A stretch of 64,000 nucleotides of DNA from an uncultured Gammaproteobacteria bacterium (GTDB taxonomy: Bacteria > Patescibacteriota > Patescibacteriia > JAHIZJ01): contig CAYJKP010000001.1 of assembly GCA_964371245.1 (NCBI GenBank), positions 187,042 through 251,041 of the forward strand. The letters run 5' to 3'. The notes under the pieces are model-generated. The model had not been told where the DNA came from, did not search any database, and saw nothing but the letters and a program-made list of their open reading frames with translations. This document shows positions 1 through 8,903 of the stretch, one piece after another. Position 1 is the stretch's first letter. Each line of letters starts with the position of its first letter. The translations under genes were made by a program, and so were the position numbers.

Positions 1-1116
1 TTGGAAAACTTTTCCGTTGTCATGCTTGGCCTTTCGCCATACATCACCGCCACGATCATCTTTCAATTGTTGGCTATGATCATCCCGAAATTGGCGGAAT
101 TGCAGAAAGAAGGAGAGCGCGGCCAGCAAAAAATAAATCAATATTCGCGGATTTTAACTGTTCCACTGGCGATCCTGCAGGCATACGGCACGATCACGGT
201 CTTACGGCGCAGCGGCCAAGGCGCAACCGGCGGGCTATCCAGCGTGCCGGGGGGGATTATTGGAGATTTATCACCCTTTCAGCTCGCGACCGCAATTGTG
301 GCAATTGTCGCCGGCAGTATGTTCCTGATGTGGCTGGGCGAACTCATATCCGAGAAGCAAATTGGCAATGGCATTTCCTTGCTGATCTTTGCCGGTATCG
401 TGGCAGGGGTGCCGTCGGCCGTTCAAAAAACGTTCGCTGTTTTTGATCCGACCAAGCTGGCTGGTTTATTGGCTTTTGCGGCTGTTGGTGTGATCACGAT
501 CGCTGGCGTTGTATTCATAACCGAAGGGCAACGAAACATACCCGTTGCCTATGCCCGGCAAATCCGGGGGCGGCGCATGTACGGTGGCACAAGCACGCAT
601 CTGCCGATGCGCGTCAATCAAGCGGGCGTAATCCCAATTATTTTCGCAATTTCTTTATTACTGTTGCCTTCGGTGGTCGCCCAATTCTTTGCCCAGTCGC
701 GGTCGCCCGCCTTAGCAAATTTTGCTCATGGCGTGGTTAATCTCTTTAATAACCAGGTATTCTATGGCGGGTTCTATTTTCTACTGGTGGTCGTCTTTAC
801 GTATTTTTACACCGCCGTCATATTCCACCCTGATCAAATTTCCGAAAACCTCCAAAAACAAGGCGGCTTTATACCCGGCATTCGCCCTGGCATGCAGACG
901 GCAGTTTATTTAAATAAGGTGAGCAATCGTATTTTGCTGACCGGCGCACTCTTTCTGGGTGTGATCGCGATCTTGCCTTTTGTGATGCAAGCAGCCACCG
1001 GCTTGAGCACTCTCGTCGTTGGCGGTACCAGCCTCCTCATCGTCGTGAGCGTGGTCATTGAAACCGTCAAGCAGATCAACGCCCAATTGCAGATGCGCGA
1101 CTACGAAGGCTTCTAA
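1..1116 (+). CDS. secY: Preprotein translocase subunit SecY (5' truncated by window edge)
   Basis: [21 protein letters not shown]-like [33 protein letters not shown] and [11 protein letters not shown] motifs; followed by adk and map. Confidence 0.98.
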   Translation: MENFSVVMLGLSPYITATIIFQLLAMIIPKLAELQKEGERGQQKINQYSRILTVPLAILQAYGTITVLRRSGQGATGGLSSVPGGIIGDLSPFQLATAIVAIVAGSMFLMWLGELISEKQIGNGISLLIFAGIVAGVPSAVQKTFAVFDPTKLAGLLAFAAVGVITIAGVVFITEGQRNIPVAYARQIRGRRMYGGTSTHLPMRVNQAGVIPIIFAISLLLLPSVVAQFFAQSRSPALANFAHGVVNLFNNQVFYGGFYFLLVVVFTYFYTAVIFHPDQISENLQKQGGFIPGIRPGMQTAVYLNKVSNRILLTGALFLGVIAILPFVMQAATGLSTLVVGGTSLLIVVSVVIETVKQINAQLQMRDYEGF

Positions 1117-1129
1117 GACCGGAGCCTTT

Positions 1130-1822
1130 ATGGAAAAAATTATTCCAAAAATCGTAATTTTGCTCGGCCCGCCTGGGTCGGGCAAGGGAACGCAGGCCAA
1201 ACTCTTGCAAGAGCGGTATGATTATCATTACCTTTCGACCGGCGACCTGATTCGCGAAGCGATCAAAAAAGCGGCTACGGGCGACCCGCTCGCGATGGAA
1301 ATAAAGAGTCGCTATGATCAGGGCGAGCCCCAGCCCGACAACTTAATCTTGAAAATGGTTCGTGAAAAACTCAACGCGGTTAATCTTCGCGAAGGGATTA
1401 TCTTTGACGCTTTTCCGTTATCCGACCGCCAGGCTTGGGGTTTAGATGAGATCATCGAGGAGTCGGGGAAGCCCGAAGTGGTGGCGCTGAATATCGAGGT
1501 CGGTGAAGAGGAGACGATAACGCGCTTAAGCCTTCGAAAATATTGCCCACAAGATAACTCAGTTTACTATCCGAAATCGCCGACCTATGACCAGGATCTC
1601 TGCGCTGTTTGTGGCGGGAAACTGGTTCGGCGGGCTGATGACGCACCGGCAGTGGTGCGGGAGCGATATCAAGCGTACCAATCGCGAATTCGGTCGCTCG
1701 TCCATTTTTATGAGAAACGACGTCAATTAATACGGGTGGATGGAGAACAGACGGTTGAGGGGGTGGCCGAAGAAATGTTTAAAAAACTCGGCGCCTATCA
1801 ACCGACTGCGACGAACGCATGA
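1130..1822 (+). CDS. adk: Adenylate kinase
   Basis: GPPGSGKGTQA P-loop, STGDLIR, lid with CxxD..CxxC, RADD; start placed at ATG 1130 after the secY stop. Confidence 0.96.
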   Translation: MEKIIPKIVILLGPPGSGKGTQAKLLQERYDYHYLSTGDLIREAIKKAATGDPLAMEIKSRYDQGEPQPDNLILKMVREKLNAVNLREGIIFDAFPLSDRQAWGLDEIIEESGKPEVVALNIEVGEEETITRLSLRKYCPQDNSVYYPKSPTYDQDLCAVCGGKLVRRADDAPAVVRERYQAYQSRIRSLVHFYEKRRQLIRVDGEQTVEGVAEEMFKKLGAYQPTATNA

Positions 1823-2577
1823 TTTCAATAAAAAACCAGCGTGAAATAGAGTTCTTACGACAGGGCGGGAAAATCCTCGCCCGCGTTTTGAATACCGTCA
1901 TGGCGACGGTACGGCCAGGCGTTTCAACTCAGGAATTGAACGATCTGGCCGAAAAACTTATTCTTGAGGCAGGCGCCGAGCCATCCTTTAAAAACTATCA
2001 GGGCTTTCCGGCCGTACTGTGCACCTCGGTCAATGAACAAGTCGTCCACGCCATTCCTCGGCCAGACGTCATAATCCGCGATGGTGATATTATCGGCCTT
2101 GATCTCGGCCTTTGGTACAAAGGCTTGTGTACGGACATGGCCCGGACGGTCGGCGTTGGTCATATTTCAAACGAGAACCGGCGACTGATTCGCGTGACCG
2201 AGCGGGCGCTTGGCAAGGCACTTGCCCAGGTCTCGCCCGGTAATCGGATTGGCGATATATCCGCCGCGGTACAACGCTGGGTCGAGTCGCAGGGTTTTTC
2301 AGTGGTCCGTTCACTCTTCGGGCATGGCGTTGGCTATGCCGTGCACGAGGAACCGAGAATTCCGAATTACGGACGGCCGCACACTGGACCAGTTCTCGAA
2401 ACGGGCATGGTGTTAGCGATTGAGCCGATGGTTACGGTTGGCCACTATGACGTTCATACGGCCGATGACGGCTGGTCAATATCGACCCGAGATCGCTCAT
2501 TGGCAGCCCATACGGAAGACACCGTCGTGGTGACCGATGACGGTTGTGAAATATTAACGAAAAATTCGGATGGGTAA
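1819..2577 (+). CDS. map: Methionine aminopeptidase type I
   Basis: CTSVNEQVVHAIP, DLG, TDMART, GHGVG..HEEP, AIEPM, HTEDT metal ligands. Confidence 0.97.
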   Translation: MISIKNQREIEFLRQGGKILARVLNTVMATVRPGVSTQELNDLAEKLILEAGAEPSFKNYQGFPAVLCTSVNEQVVHAIPRPDVIIRDGDIIGLDLGLWYKGLCTDMARTVGVGHISNENRRLIRVTERALGKALAQVSPGNRIGDISAAVQRWVESQGFSVVRSLFGHGVGYAVHEEPRIPNYGRPHTGPVLETGMVLAIEPMVTVGHYDVHTADDGWSISTRDRSLAAHTEDTVVVTDDGCEILTKNSDG

Positions 2578-2980
2578 GATATTGGCAATCGACTTTGGTC
2601 AGCGTCGGATCGGTCTGGCGTTATCGGACGACAAGCAAATTTTTGCCTTACCGCGGCCGACGCTAGAAGTGAACCGTTGGCAGGACGCCCTGGTCACGAT
2701 CCGGCAATTATGTGATGAAGAAAAAGTTGAACGGATAATCGTCGGCCAGCCGGTCTCGCTCGCGGGCGTACAGACCAAACGAAACGATCTCGATGTGTTT
2801 GTGGCTGCATTGCGTGACGCCTCCGGACGACCGATCGAAACCGTGGATGAACGCTTGACCAGCCGACAGGCGGAACGCGAGCTCGCCGGTCTATCGAAGC
2901 GCCGGGCCAAAGGCGATATTGACCGCTTATCAGCCGTCATTATCCTAGAAAATTATCTCGAACGCTACCGTGGCCGTTAG
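2570..2980 (+). CDS. ruvX: Holliday junction resolvase-like / pre-16S rRNA nuclease YqgF (RuvX)
   Basis: ILAIDFGQRRIGLALSD, VDERLTS, DRLSAVIILENYL. Confidence 0.93.
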   Translation: MGKILAIDFGQRRIGLALSDDKQIFALPRPTLEVNRWQDALVTIRQLCDEEKVERIIVGQPVSLAGVQTKRNDLDVFVAALRDASGRPIETVDERLTSRQAERELAGLSKRRAKGDIDRLSAVIILENYLERYRGR

Positions 2981-4076
2981 TAATTACATTATTGCATTTA
3001 TCGTCAGTCTCTGCCTCGCTTTTATTATTACCCAGGGCATCCGGAGGCTGGCAAGTAGACATCAAATCGTCGATCGTCCCGAAACCGATCCATCACGAAA
3101 AATTCACACCCAACCGATCCCGCTCTTGGGTGGGTTGTCGCTTTTTATCACCATCGCCGTCATGATCGGCGTTTTTTGTGTTATTCAGAATCGCTTACTT
3201 GGCGGCTATCTCTTGCCAAAGCATCTCGTCGGCGTCCTCGTGGGCGGCCTGATTATCATGTTTGGCGGGTACCTGGACGACCGGTATCGCTTGTCTCCAG
3301 GAAAGCAGATTATCTTTCCTATCCTCGCCAGCCTCGTTATTATCGCGAGCGGCATCGGCGTGCAGTATATTTCAAATCCATTCGGCCGCGCCATTCAGCT
3401 CGATTCTATCCGCCTGGTTCTATTTACCTGGCACGGCCTGCCGTATGGAATAACTCTTTTTAGCGATCTCTTCGCCTTTGTTTGGCTGATGGGCATGATG
3501 TATACGACAAAATTTCTTGACGGTCTCGATGGCTTGTCAACCGGCATCGGCACCATCGGCGCGGTGATCATTTTCTTTCTGAGTCTGGCCAAGACGGTGG
3601 CGCAACCGGAAACAGCGCTCCTCAGCATAATTTTCGCCGGCGCGGGCGTAGGCTTTCTGCTCCACAATTTTCACCCGGCAAAAATCTTCCTGGGTGAAGG
3701 CGGGAGTGTTTTTATCGGCTTTTTCTTGGGCGTTTTATCGATTATCTCAGGCGCGAAAATTGCCACCGCCTTGCTTATCATGGGCATACCGATACTCGAC
3801 GCGCTCTGGGTGATCGTGCGCCGCGTTTTCTGGGAACATCGGCCGATTGCCTCGGGCGACAAGAAACACCTCCATTTCCGTTTGCTCGACGCCGGCCTGT
3901 CGCATCGCCAAGCGGTGATTTTTCTCTACGTGATGACAGCTGGTTTTGGTATGGCAGGATTATATTTTCAAGGCCGAACGAAAATATACACTTTAATAGC
4001 GCTGGCCGTCTTTATGATCATCCTGGCGGGTGTTGTGGTATTTATGTATCGCCGAAAAGTAAGGCAACGCGTATGA
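2970..4076 (+). CDS. Undecaprenyl-phosphate N-acetylhexosamine-1-phosphate transferase (MraY/WecA/TagO family)
   Basis: RKIH..PIPLLGG, GYLDD, FLDGLDGL, NFHPAKIFLGEGG, DKKHLHFRL; about 10 TM segments. Confidence 0.9.
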   Translation: MAVSNYIIAFIVSLCLAFIITQGIRRLASRHQIVDRPETDPSRKIHTQPIPLLGGLSLFITIAVMIGVFCVIQNRLLGGYLLPKHLVGVLVGGLIIMFGGYLDDRYRLSPGKQIIFPILASLVIIASGIGVQYISNPFGRAIQLDSIRLVLFTWHGLPYGITLFSDLFAFVWLMGMMYTTKFLDGLDGLSTGIGTIGAVIIFFLSLAKTVAQPETALLSIIFAGAGVGFLLHNFHPAKIFLGEGGSVFIGFFLGVLSIISGAKIATALLIMGIPILDALWVIVRRVFWEHRPIASGDKKHLHFRLLDAGLSHRQAVIFLYVMTAGFGMAGLYFQGRTKIYTLIALAVFMIILAGVVVFMYRRKVRQRV

Positions 4077-4951
4077 AGGTGGCCATGATCGGGCCAGCGT
4101 GTCGGGATCGCAATAGTATGGACGGTCGGGTTTACGAGAGCCTTGGCGGTACCGTTTTCCATACGGGTAACGCTCTTGCCGCGCTTGGGGTTGAGGTTAC
4201 ATTTTTTGTGGCAATTGGACCGGATGTTACCGACTGGCGAACGAATTTTCCCGCCTCAAATGTTTTCCAGCTTCCAGTCGCAGGCACTCATATACACGAA
4301 AACATCGAAACATCGGCTCAGCCGGGCGTGCGGGTGTGTCGCGCCCAGCCCGCTGATATGGGCATTACGATTGAACATTTTCGTGACCATGATCTCTCGC
4401 GATATGATTATATTATCTTAGGGCCGCTGTTTCATACCGATCTGACGAAAGAATTTGTCTCGTTCGCCTCCCGATTTCCAGGGAAACTGGTACTGGAACC
4501 GCAGGGGATGATTCGTTATCTTGAAAACGGCAGCCATGTTTTTCGCCATCCGGAAAATGTCGTGTCGGTGCTATCCGAGGTGGATATCTTCATCTCCGAT
4601 GCAGAAGAAGCCGCTTTTATTACTCAGAGAAAAGAGAAAGACGAGGCGATCTCGTTTATTCTAGATCGCGGCGTAGCCCAGGTAATTATTACGCAAGGGG
4701 AACGCGGCTCAATTATCGCCACCGCGCAAGAACGGCACCAGATTCCGGCGTTTTCTCCTTCGACGATTGTTCACCCGATTGGCGCGGGCGACACGTATCT
4801 CGCCGGTTTTATAAAAGCACAAGAACTGTTTACTGATCCGTCCCAGCAGGGTTCGTTTGCGGCCATGGCGGCGACACTGTCGCTTGAACAATCCGATTCG
4901 TTCAGTCAATCCACTGAGGTGGTACTCGCGCGCCTCAGGCGGAAACCTTGA
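4073..4951 (+). CDS. PfkB-family carbohydrate/nucleoside kinase
   Basis: N-terminal GG, ITQGERGS, IGAGDTYLAGF anion-hole motif. Confidence 0.88.
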   Translation: MKVAMIGPACRDRNSMDGRVYESLGGTVFHTGNALAALGVEVTFFVAIGPDVTDWRTNFPASNVFQLPVAGTHIHENIETSAQPGVRVCRAQPADMGITIEHFRDHDLSRYDYIILGPLFHTDLTKEFVSFASRFPGKLVLEPQGMIRYLENGSHVFRHPENVVSVLSEVDIFISDAEEAAFITQRKEKDEAISFILDRGVAQVIITQGERGSIIATAQERHQIPAFSPSTIVHPIGAGDTYLAGFIKAQELFTDPSQQGSFAAMAATLSLEQSDSFSQSTEVVLARLRRKP

Positions 4952-4976
4952 CATGAGAACAATAATCGAATATACT
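4948..4976 (+). promoter_or_regulatory. sigma70-type promoter for rplU
   Basis: TTGACA-N17-TATACT. Confidence 0.75.
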
Positions 4977-5004
4977 TCATACTGTTATTCATTAATTTTT
5001 CGTT

Positions 5005-5325
5005 ATGTACGCAGTCATTAAAACCGGAGGCAAGCAGTATCTCGTTAAAGAAAAAACCAGGCTGAGCGTTGAGAAGCTCATCGCCAATGAAGGGGAAATC
5101 CTCACGCTGACGCAAGTGCTCATGTTGGCTGACGAAACCGGGAAAACGGTGACCGTCGGAAAGCCAACCGTTTCGGGAGCGACAGTTACGGCCAAGGTTC
5201 TCAAACAAGGTAAACTGCCAAAAGTGACCGTGATCAAGTATAAGGCCAAGGTCCGGTATCGCCGGAAACGGGGCCACCGCCAGCCGTTCACCGAGCTGGA
5301 AATTACCAAGATTTCGGCCAAATAG
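5005..5325 (+). CDS. rplU: 50S ribosomal protein L21
   Basis: MYAVIKTGGKQY and GHRQPFT. Confidence 0.98.
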   Translation: MYAVIKTGGKQYLVKEKTRLSVEKLIANEGEILTLTQVLMLADETGKTVTVGKPTVSGATVTAKVLKQGKLPKVTVIKYKAKVRYRRKRGHRQPFTELEITKISAK

Positions 5326-5332
5326 ACTGGAT

Positions 5333-5367
5333 AAAAAAAACGAATCGCATATGCGGCTCGTTTTTTG
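5333..5367. terminator. Bidirectional intrinsic terminator between rplU and recR
   Basis: A-run CGA ATCGC ATAT GCGGC TCG T-run between convergent genes. Confidence 0.7.
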
Positions 5368-5373
5368 TTTTTA

Positions 5374-5973
5374 CTAGTGTCGTCCTTTAAGCGCGTCAGC
5401 CAGGGTTACTTCGTCGGCGTATTCGAGGTCCGCTCCAACGGGTAGCCCACGCGCCAGTCGGCTTACTTTGGCAACGTGGGGCTGGAGTATTTTCTTCAGA
5501 TAGAGTCCGGTTGACTCGCCCTCAACATCCGGGTTTAAGGCGAGGATGACCTCTTTAATTTTTGGCTGGTTTTTTTTCAGCCGCTCGACTAGCAGGCGGA
5601 TGTTCAGACGGTCCGGCGTGATCCCCTCGACTGGATTCAAAACGCCGCCGAGAACGAAATAGAGGCCGTTGTATTCTCGGGTTTTTTCGAGTATCTGAAC
5701 TTGGGGCGATTCCGCGACCACGCAGAGCATAGTTTTATCGCGGCTGCTCGACCGGCAAATGGCGCAGGGATTATATTCGGCGAAGGCATGGCAGGTATTG
5801 CAGACAACCACCTTATCACGCAACGCTTTGATTGCCTGAGCCAGCGAATCGACGGTCGTGCGCGGCTGGCGCAATAAATAATAGACAAAACGCTCGGACG
5901 TTTTTGGTCCGATGCCAGGAAGCTTGTTGAATTCTTCGATGAGATTTTGGATTGGTTTCGGGAACTGAGGCAT
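5374..5973 (-). CDS. recR: Recombination mediator RecR
   Basis: LPGIGPKTSER HhH, C4 zinc finger, Toprim domain, SRLARGLPVGADLEYAD. Confidence 0.97.
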   Translation of the reverse strand: MPQFPKPIQNLIEEFNKLPGIGPKTSERFVYYLLRQPRTTVDSLAQAIKALRDKVVVCNTCHAFAEYNPCAICRSSSRDKTMLCVVAESPQVQILEKTREYNGLYFVLGGVLNPVEGITPDRLNIRLLVERLKKNQPKIKEVILALNPDVEGESTGLYLKKILQPHVAKVSRLARGLPVGADLEYADEVTLADALKGRH

Positions 5974-5978
5974 AGGGA

Positions 5979-6269
5979 TCAGGACAAACCCGGTAAATTG
6001 TAGCCGCCCGATCGGAATTTCGCGGCCATAAGGTTTTGCACCTTTTTCACGGCGTCATTCATTGCTTCCTTCAAATCACGTTCAAGCGCTTGCTTCTCAT
6101 CGGGCGTCAGCCGTTCAGGCTGAATCTCAAGGCTGACCACTTCCTGATTGCCATTCATAACCAGGGCAATGCCGCGGTGGTCGACCCGAACCTGCTCGTC
6201 GCCGAGCTGCGATTGGAGTTTTTTCGCTTGGTCGCGAAGATCCTTGTATTGTTTAAGCTTTTCAAACAT
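5979..6269 (-). CDS. ybaB: YbaB/EbfC nucleoid-associated protein
   Basis: QAKKLQ..L, MNGNQEVVSLEI, AMNDA; directly upstream of recR. Confidence 0.88.
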   Translation of the reverse strand: MFEKLKQYKDLRDQAKKLQSQLGDEQVRVDHRGIALVMNGNQEVVSLEIQPERLTPDEKQALERDLKEAMNDAVKKVQNLMAAKFRSGGYNLPGLS

Positions 6270-6281
6270 AGAGGTAACGTT

Positions 6282-7697
6282 TTAAAACGGCGCCGCTTCC
6301 TCGCTGGTTGGGGAAAATCGTTCGCCGATATCGCTCTCGAAGCAGACGCTGTGCTCATTAAAGCGAAGTTTCACCAGTCCAGTCGGACCGTTGCGATGTT
6401 TGGCGATGTGGACCTCAACCAAATTTGCTTCTTCGGGCCGGATGTCTTCGCGGCGATAATTCCGGTCCATCATCTTGCGGTAAATAAACATGACCACGTC
6501 GGCGTCTTGTTCGATCGAGCCGGATTCACGCAGGTGGGCCAGTTTCGGTATGGCCGGCTTGCTCATTTCCACGGCCCGCGAAAGCTGGGACAAGCCGATG
6601 ACTGGCACTTGAAGCTCGCGGGCGACGGCTTTCAGACCGCGGGTGATTTCGGCCACTTCCTGGACGCGATTATCGGTTAGCCCGCGGCCTTCCATAAGCT
6701 GGAGATAGTCAACGATAATGAGGTCGAGATTTGCTTCAGATTTTAAACGGCGCGCCTTGGTGCGAATTTCCATAACGTTCGCCAGGGGGGAATCATCAAT
6801 GTAGATGTTCGCTTCGGAAAGTTTGCCCATGGCATGGCCGATGGCAGCAAAATCATCGTTTTCACCCTCGGCTGTCAGCCGCCCCGTTCGGAATTTCCAG
6901 AGGCTGATCCGCGCCTCAGAGCAGAGCAGACGGTCAATTAATTGCTCCTTTGACATTTCCAAGCTGAAGATCGCAACTGCAGCCTTATGCTTGATCGCCG
7001 CCAAGCGTGCAAAATCAAGAGCGAGCGAGGTTTTTCCGACTGACGGACGAGCCGCCAAGATAATTAGATCGGATTTTTGAAAGCCGGCGAGTAGGTTGTC
7101 GAGATCGGGAAAGCCGCTCGGCAAGCCCCGCAGCTTGCCGCTTTCGCGGTGGAGCTCGTCCATCCGCTCAAAGGCATCCGTCAGCAATTCTTTGATCGGG
7201 ACGAAATTCTGCTTGAGGTATTTTTGTGAGACGCTGAACAACGACTGCTCGGCTTTATCAAGGATGAAGTCGACTTCATTCTCTTCGTGAAAACCCATGG
7301 AGGCAATTTCAGAAGCCGATTCGATCAGCCGGCGCAAAGTTGCCTTTTTCTGGACCACGTTGGCGTAATGAACAACGTTGCCGGCGGTCGGCACGATATT
7401 CGTCAGGGTTGCCAGGTACGACCGTCCGCCAACTGTCTCCAGCCGTCCCGCTTCTTCAAGCTTGTTCGACAAACTTAGGAGATCGATTGGCTCGCGGCGG
7501 GTGTAGAGATCAAGCATGGCCTCAAAGATGAACCGATGGCTATCGCGGTAAAAATCGGACGGCGAGAGAATATCAGCAATTCTGGTGACAGCTTCTTTGT
7601 CAATCAAAAGCGACCCCAAAACCGCCTGTTCGGCTTCCAGGTTTTGCGGAGGCACTTTTTCTATTGTTGTCTTTTGTGTCGATTGGGATTCAGCCAT
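6282..7697 (-). CDS. dnaB: Replicative DNA helicase DnaB
   Basis: PPQNLEAEQAVLG, AARPSVGKT, FSLEMS, IVDYLQLM, LSQLSR, LRESGSIEQDAD, KHRNGPTG; start at MAESQ (the longer ORF-track N-terminus overlaps the divergent gene). Confidence 0.97.
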   Translation of the reverse strand: MAESQSTQKTTIEKVPPQNLEAEQAVLGSLLIDKEAVTRIADILSPSDFYRDSHRFIFEAMLDLYTRREPIDLLSLSNKLEEAGRLETVGGRSYLATLTNIVPTAGNVVHYANVVQKKATLRRLIESASEIASMGFHEENEVDFILDKAEQSLFSVSQKYLKQNFVPIKELLTDAFERMDELHRESGKLRGLPSGFPDLDNLLAGFQKSDLIILAARPSVGKTSLALDFARLAAIKHKAAVAIFSLEMSKEQLIDRLLCSEARISLWKFRTGRLTAEGENDDFAAIGHAMGKLSEANIYIDDSPLANVMEIRTKARRLKSEANLDLIIVDYLQLMEGRGLTDNRVQEVAEITRGLKAVARELQVPVIGLSQLSRAVEMSKPAIPKLAHLRESGSIEQDADVVMFIYRKMMDRNYRREDIRPEEANLVEVHIAKHRNGPTGLVKLRFNEHSVCFESDIGERFSPTSEEAAPF

Positions 7698-7819
7698 ATA
7701 CCCGTCAGTTGGCGTGTTTGTTCGTCCTTCCATAGTAGCCAATGGCGCGAAAAATAGCAAGCCTGCCAAGCGCACAGGATGTTCACGCTTTATCCCCATT
7801 TCTATTGGTCGTTTTGGGC

Positions 7820-7848
7820 TTGCAGCAACGGAAAAAAACGGGTATACT
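7820..7848 (+). promoter_or_regulatory. sigma70-type promoter for the exonuclease gene (divergent from dnaB)
   Basis: TTGCAG-N17-TATACT, ending 8 nt before ATG 7857. Confidence 0.55.
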
Positions 7849-7856
7849 TTCCCAAT

Positions 7857-8477
7857 ATGCCCAATATGAGCCAGGATGAATTCATTGTCGTCGATGTTGA
7901 AACAACCGGGTTTAAACCGACCGAGGGGCATTGTATTATTGAAATCGCGGCGGAACGGTTGCGCGAGTCGAACGTCGTTGATACCTATCATTCGTTGGTC
8001 ATATCCGAACGATCGATTGATCCGGAGACCGTGCTGATCCACGGGATTACTGAGGAATTGTTGCAATTGGAAGGCCGGCCGGTTCACGAGGTGATGCAAG
8101 AATTTGTTTCGTTTATCAAGGATGCCCCGCTCATCGGCCACAATATCGGATTTGATCTCGCCTTCATCAACGCCCATCTCGAACGATTGAGCCTGCCGCG
8201 GCTGACCAACAAAACAATTGATACGATCGAGCTGGCCAGAAAGTATTTGATTATTCCGAGCTATAGCCTGGAAAAGGTCTCGGCCTATCTGAAAGTACCG
8301 CAACCGTCGGCACATCGCGCGCAAGTCGACGTTGAAGTCACGCGGCAAGTGTTTATAAAACTTAACGAACGGGCGCAGGCGAGGGGAGGCAAAGTCGCTC
8401 CTACCCCGGCACAACCCGGGACAAACCCCCAAAGACCGGTGCCGCCGACTGTACCGCCGCCGACCAGGCTTTTCTAA
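7857..8477 (+). CDS. DEDDh 3'-5' exonuclease (DnaQ/Pol III epsilon-like) with Pro-rich tail
   Basis: VVDVETTG, IGHNIGFD, DTIELAR, HRAQVD; start at 7857 or 7866. Confidence 0.9.
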   Translation: MPNMSQDEFIVVDVETTGFKPTEGHCIIEIAAERLRESNVVDTYHSLVISERSIDPETVLIHGITEELLQLEGRPVHEVMQEFVSFIKDAPLIGHNIGFDLAFINAHLERLSLPRLTNKTIDTIELARKYLIIPSYSLEKVSAYLKVPQPSAHRAQVDVEVTRQVFIKLNERAQARGGKVAPTPAQPGTNPQRPVPPTVPPPTRLF

Positions 8478-8564
8478 GCAGTTACATACACGTAATTCGG
8501 GCGTGATTAGGCTCTTGTCAGAATAGTAAATATTTGCTACTTTTCATTACGCGTGAGCCATCGT

Positions 8565-8640
8565 GCGCCCATAGCTCAGTTGGTAGAGCAGCTGCCTTTT
8601 AAGCAGACGGTCGGGGGTTCAAATCCCTCTGGGCGCACCA
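8565..8640 (+). tRNA. tRNA-Lys(UUU)
   Basis: GCGCCCA/TGGGCGC acceptor stem, anticodon loop CT-TTT-AA, GGTTCAAATCC T-arm, encoded CCA; TTGTCA-N17-TACTTT upstream at 8515-8543. Confidence 0.97.
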
Positions 8641-8691
8641 TAGAAACCACAACGTGAGTTGAAACGATAGTTACAGGTTTATATATCGAAT

Positions 8692-8810
8692 GGATTTGAA
8701 GGGCAGGAGCGAGGCGACCCTGAACTTGTTTCAGGGGACAGACGAGCAATCGGCGAGCTGCCAGCGGCAGGTCGCCGCTGCCCAGGACCCAAATCCCTCT
8801 GGGCGCACCA
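8692..8810 (+). repeat. Structured tRNA-linked repeat ending in a 21-bp copy of the tRNA-Lys 3' end
   Basis: CAAATCCCTCTGGGCGCACCA at 8620-8640 and 8790-8810; nested inverted repeats in between. Confidence 0.85.
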
Positions 8811-8903
8811 GTCGAGAATTATTAAACAACTAAAAAAGTTGTTTTTTTATTAGGAACGCTTTATTGAACAATCGCAATATATATGTTAAAATAAAAACCA
8901 GTT

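Noticed and set aside
7851-7868. Tandem 9-bp repeat CCCAATATG x2 at the exonuclease start
   Set aside because: Two copies only and in frame; it merely makes the start codon ambiguous.
7698-8432. Long N-terminal extension of DnaB in the ORF track (716 aa)
   Set aside because: It is the antisense shadow of the exonuclease gene; DnaB homology begins at 7697 and promoter-like boxes lie in between.
8620-8810. Integrated prophage or genomic island at tRNA-Lys
   Set aside because: Only 170 bp separate the repeat copies and there is no integrase or cargo; kept only as a repeat finding.
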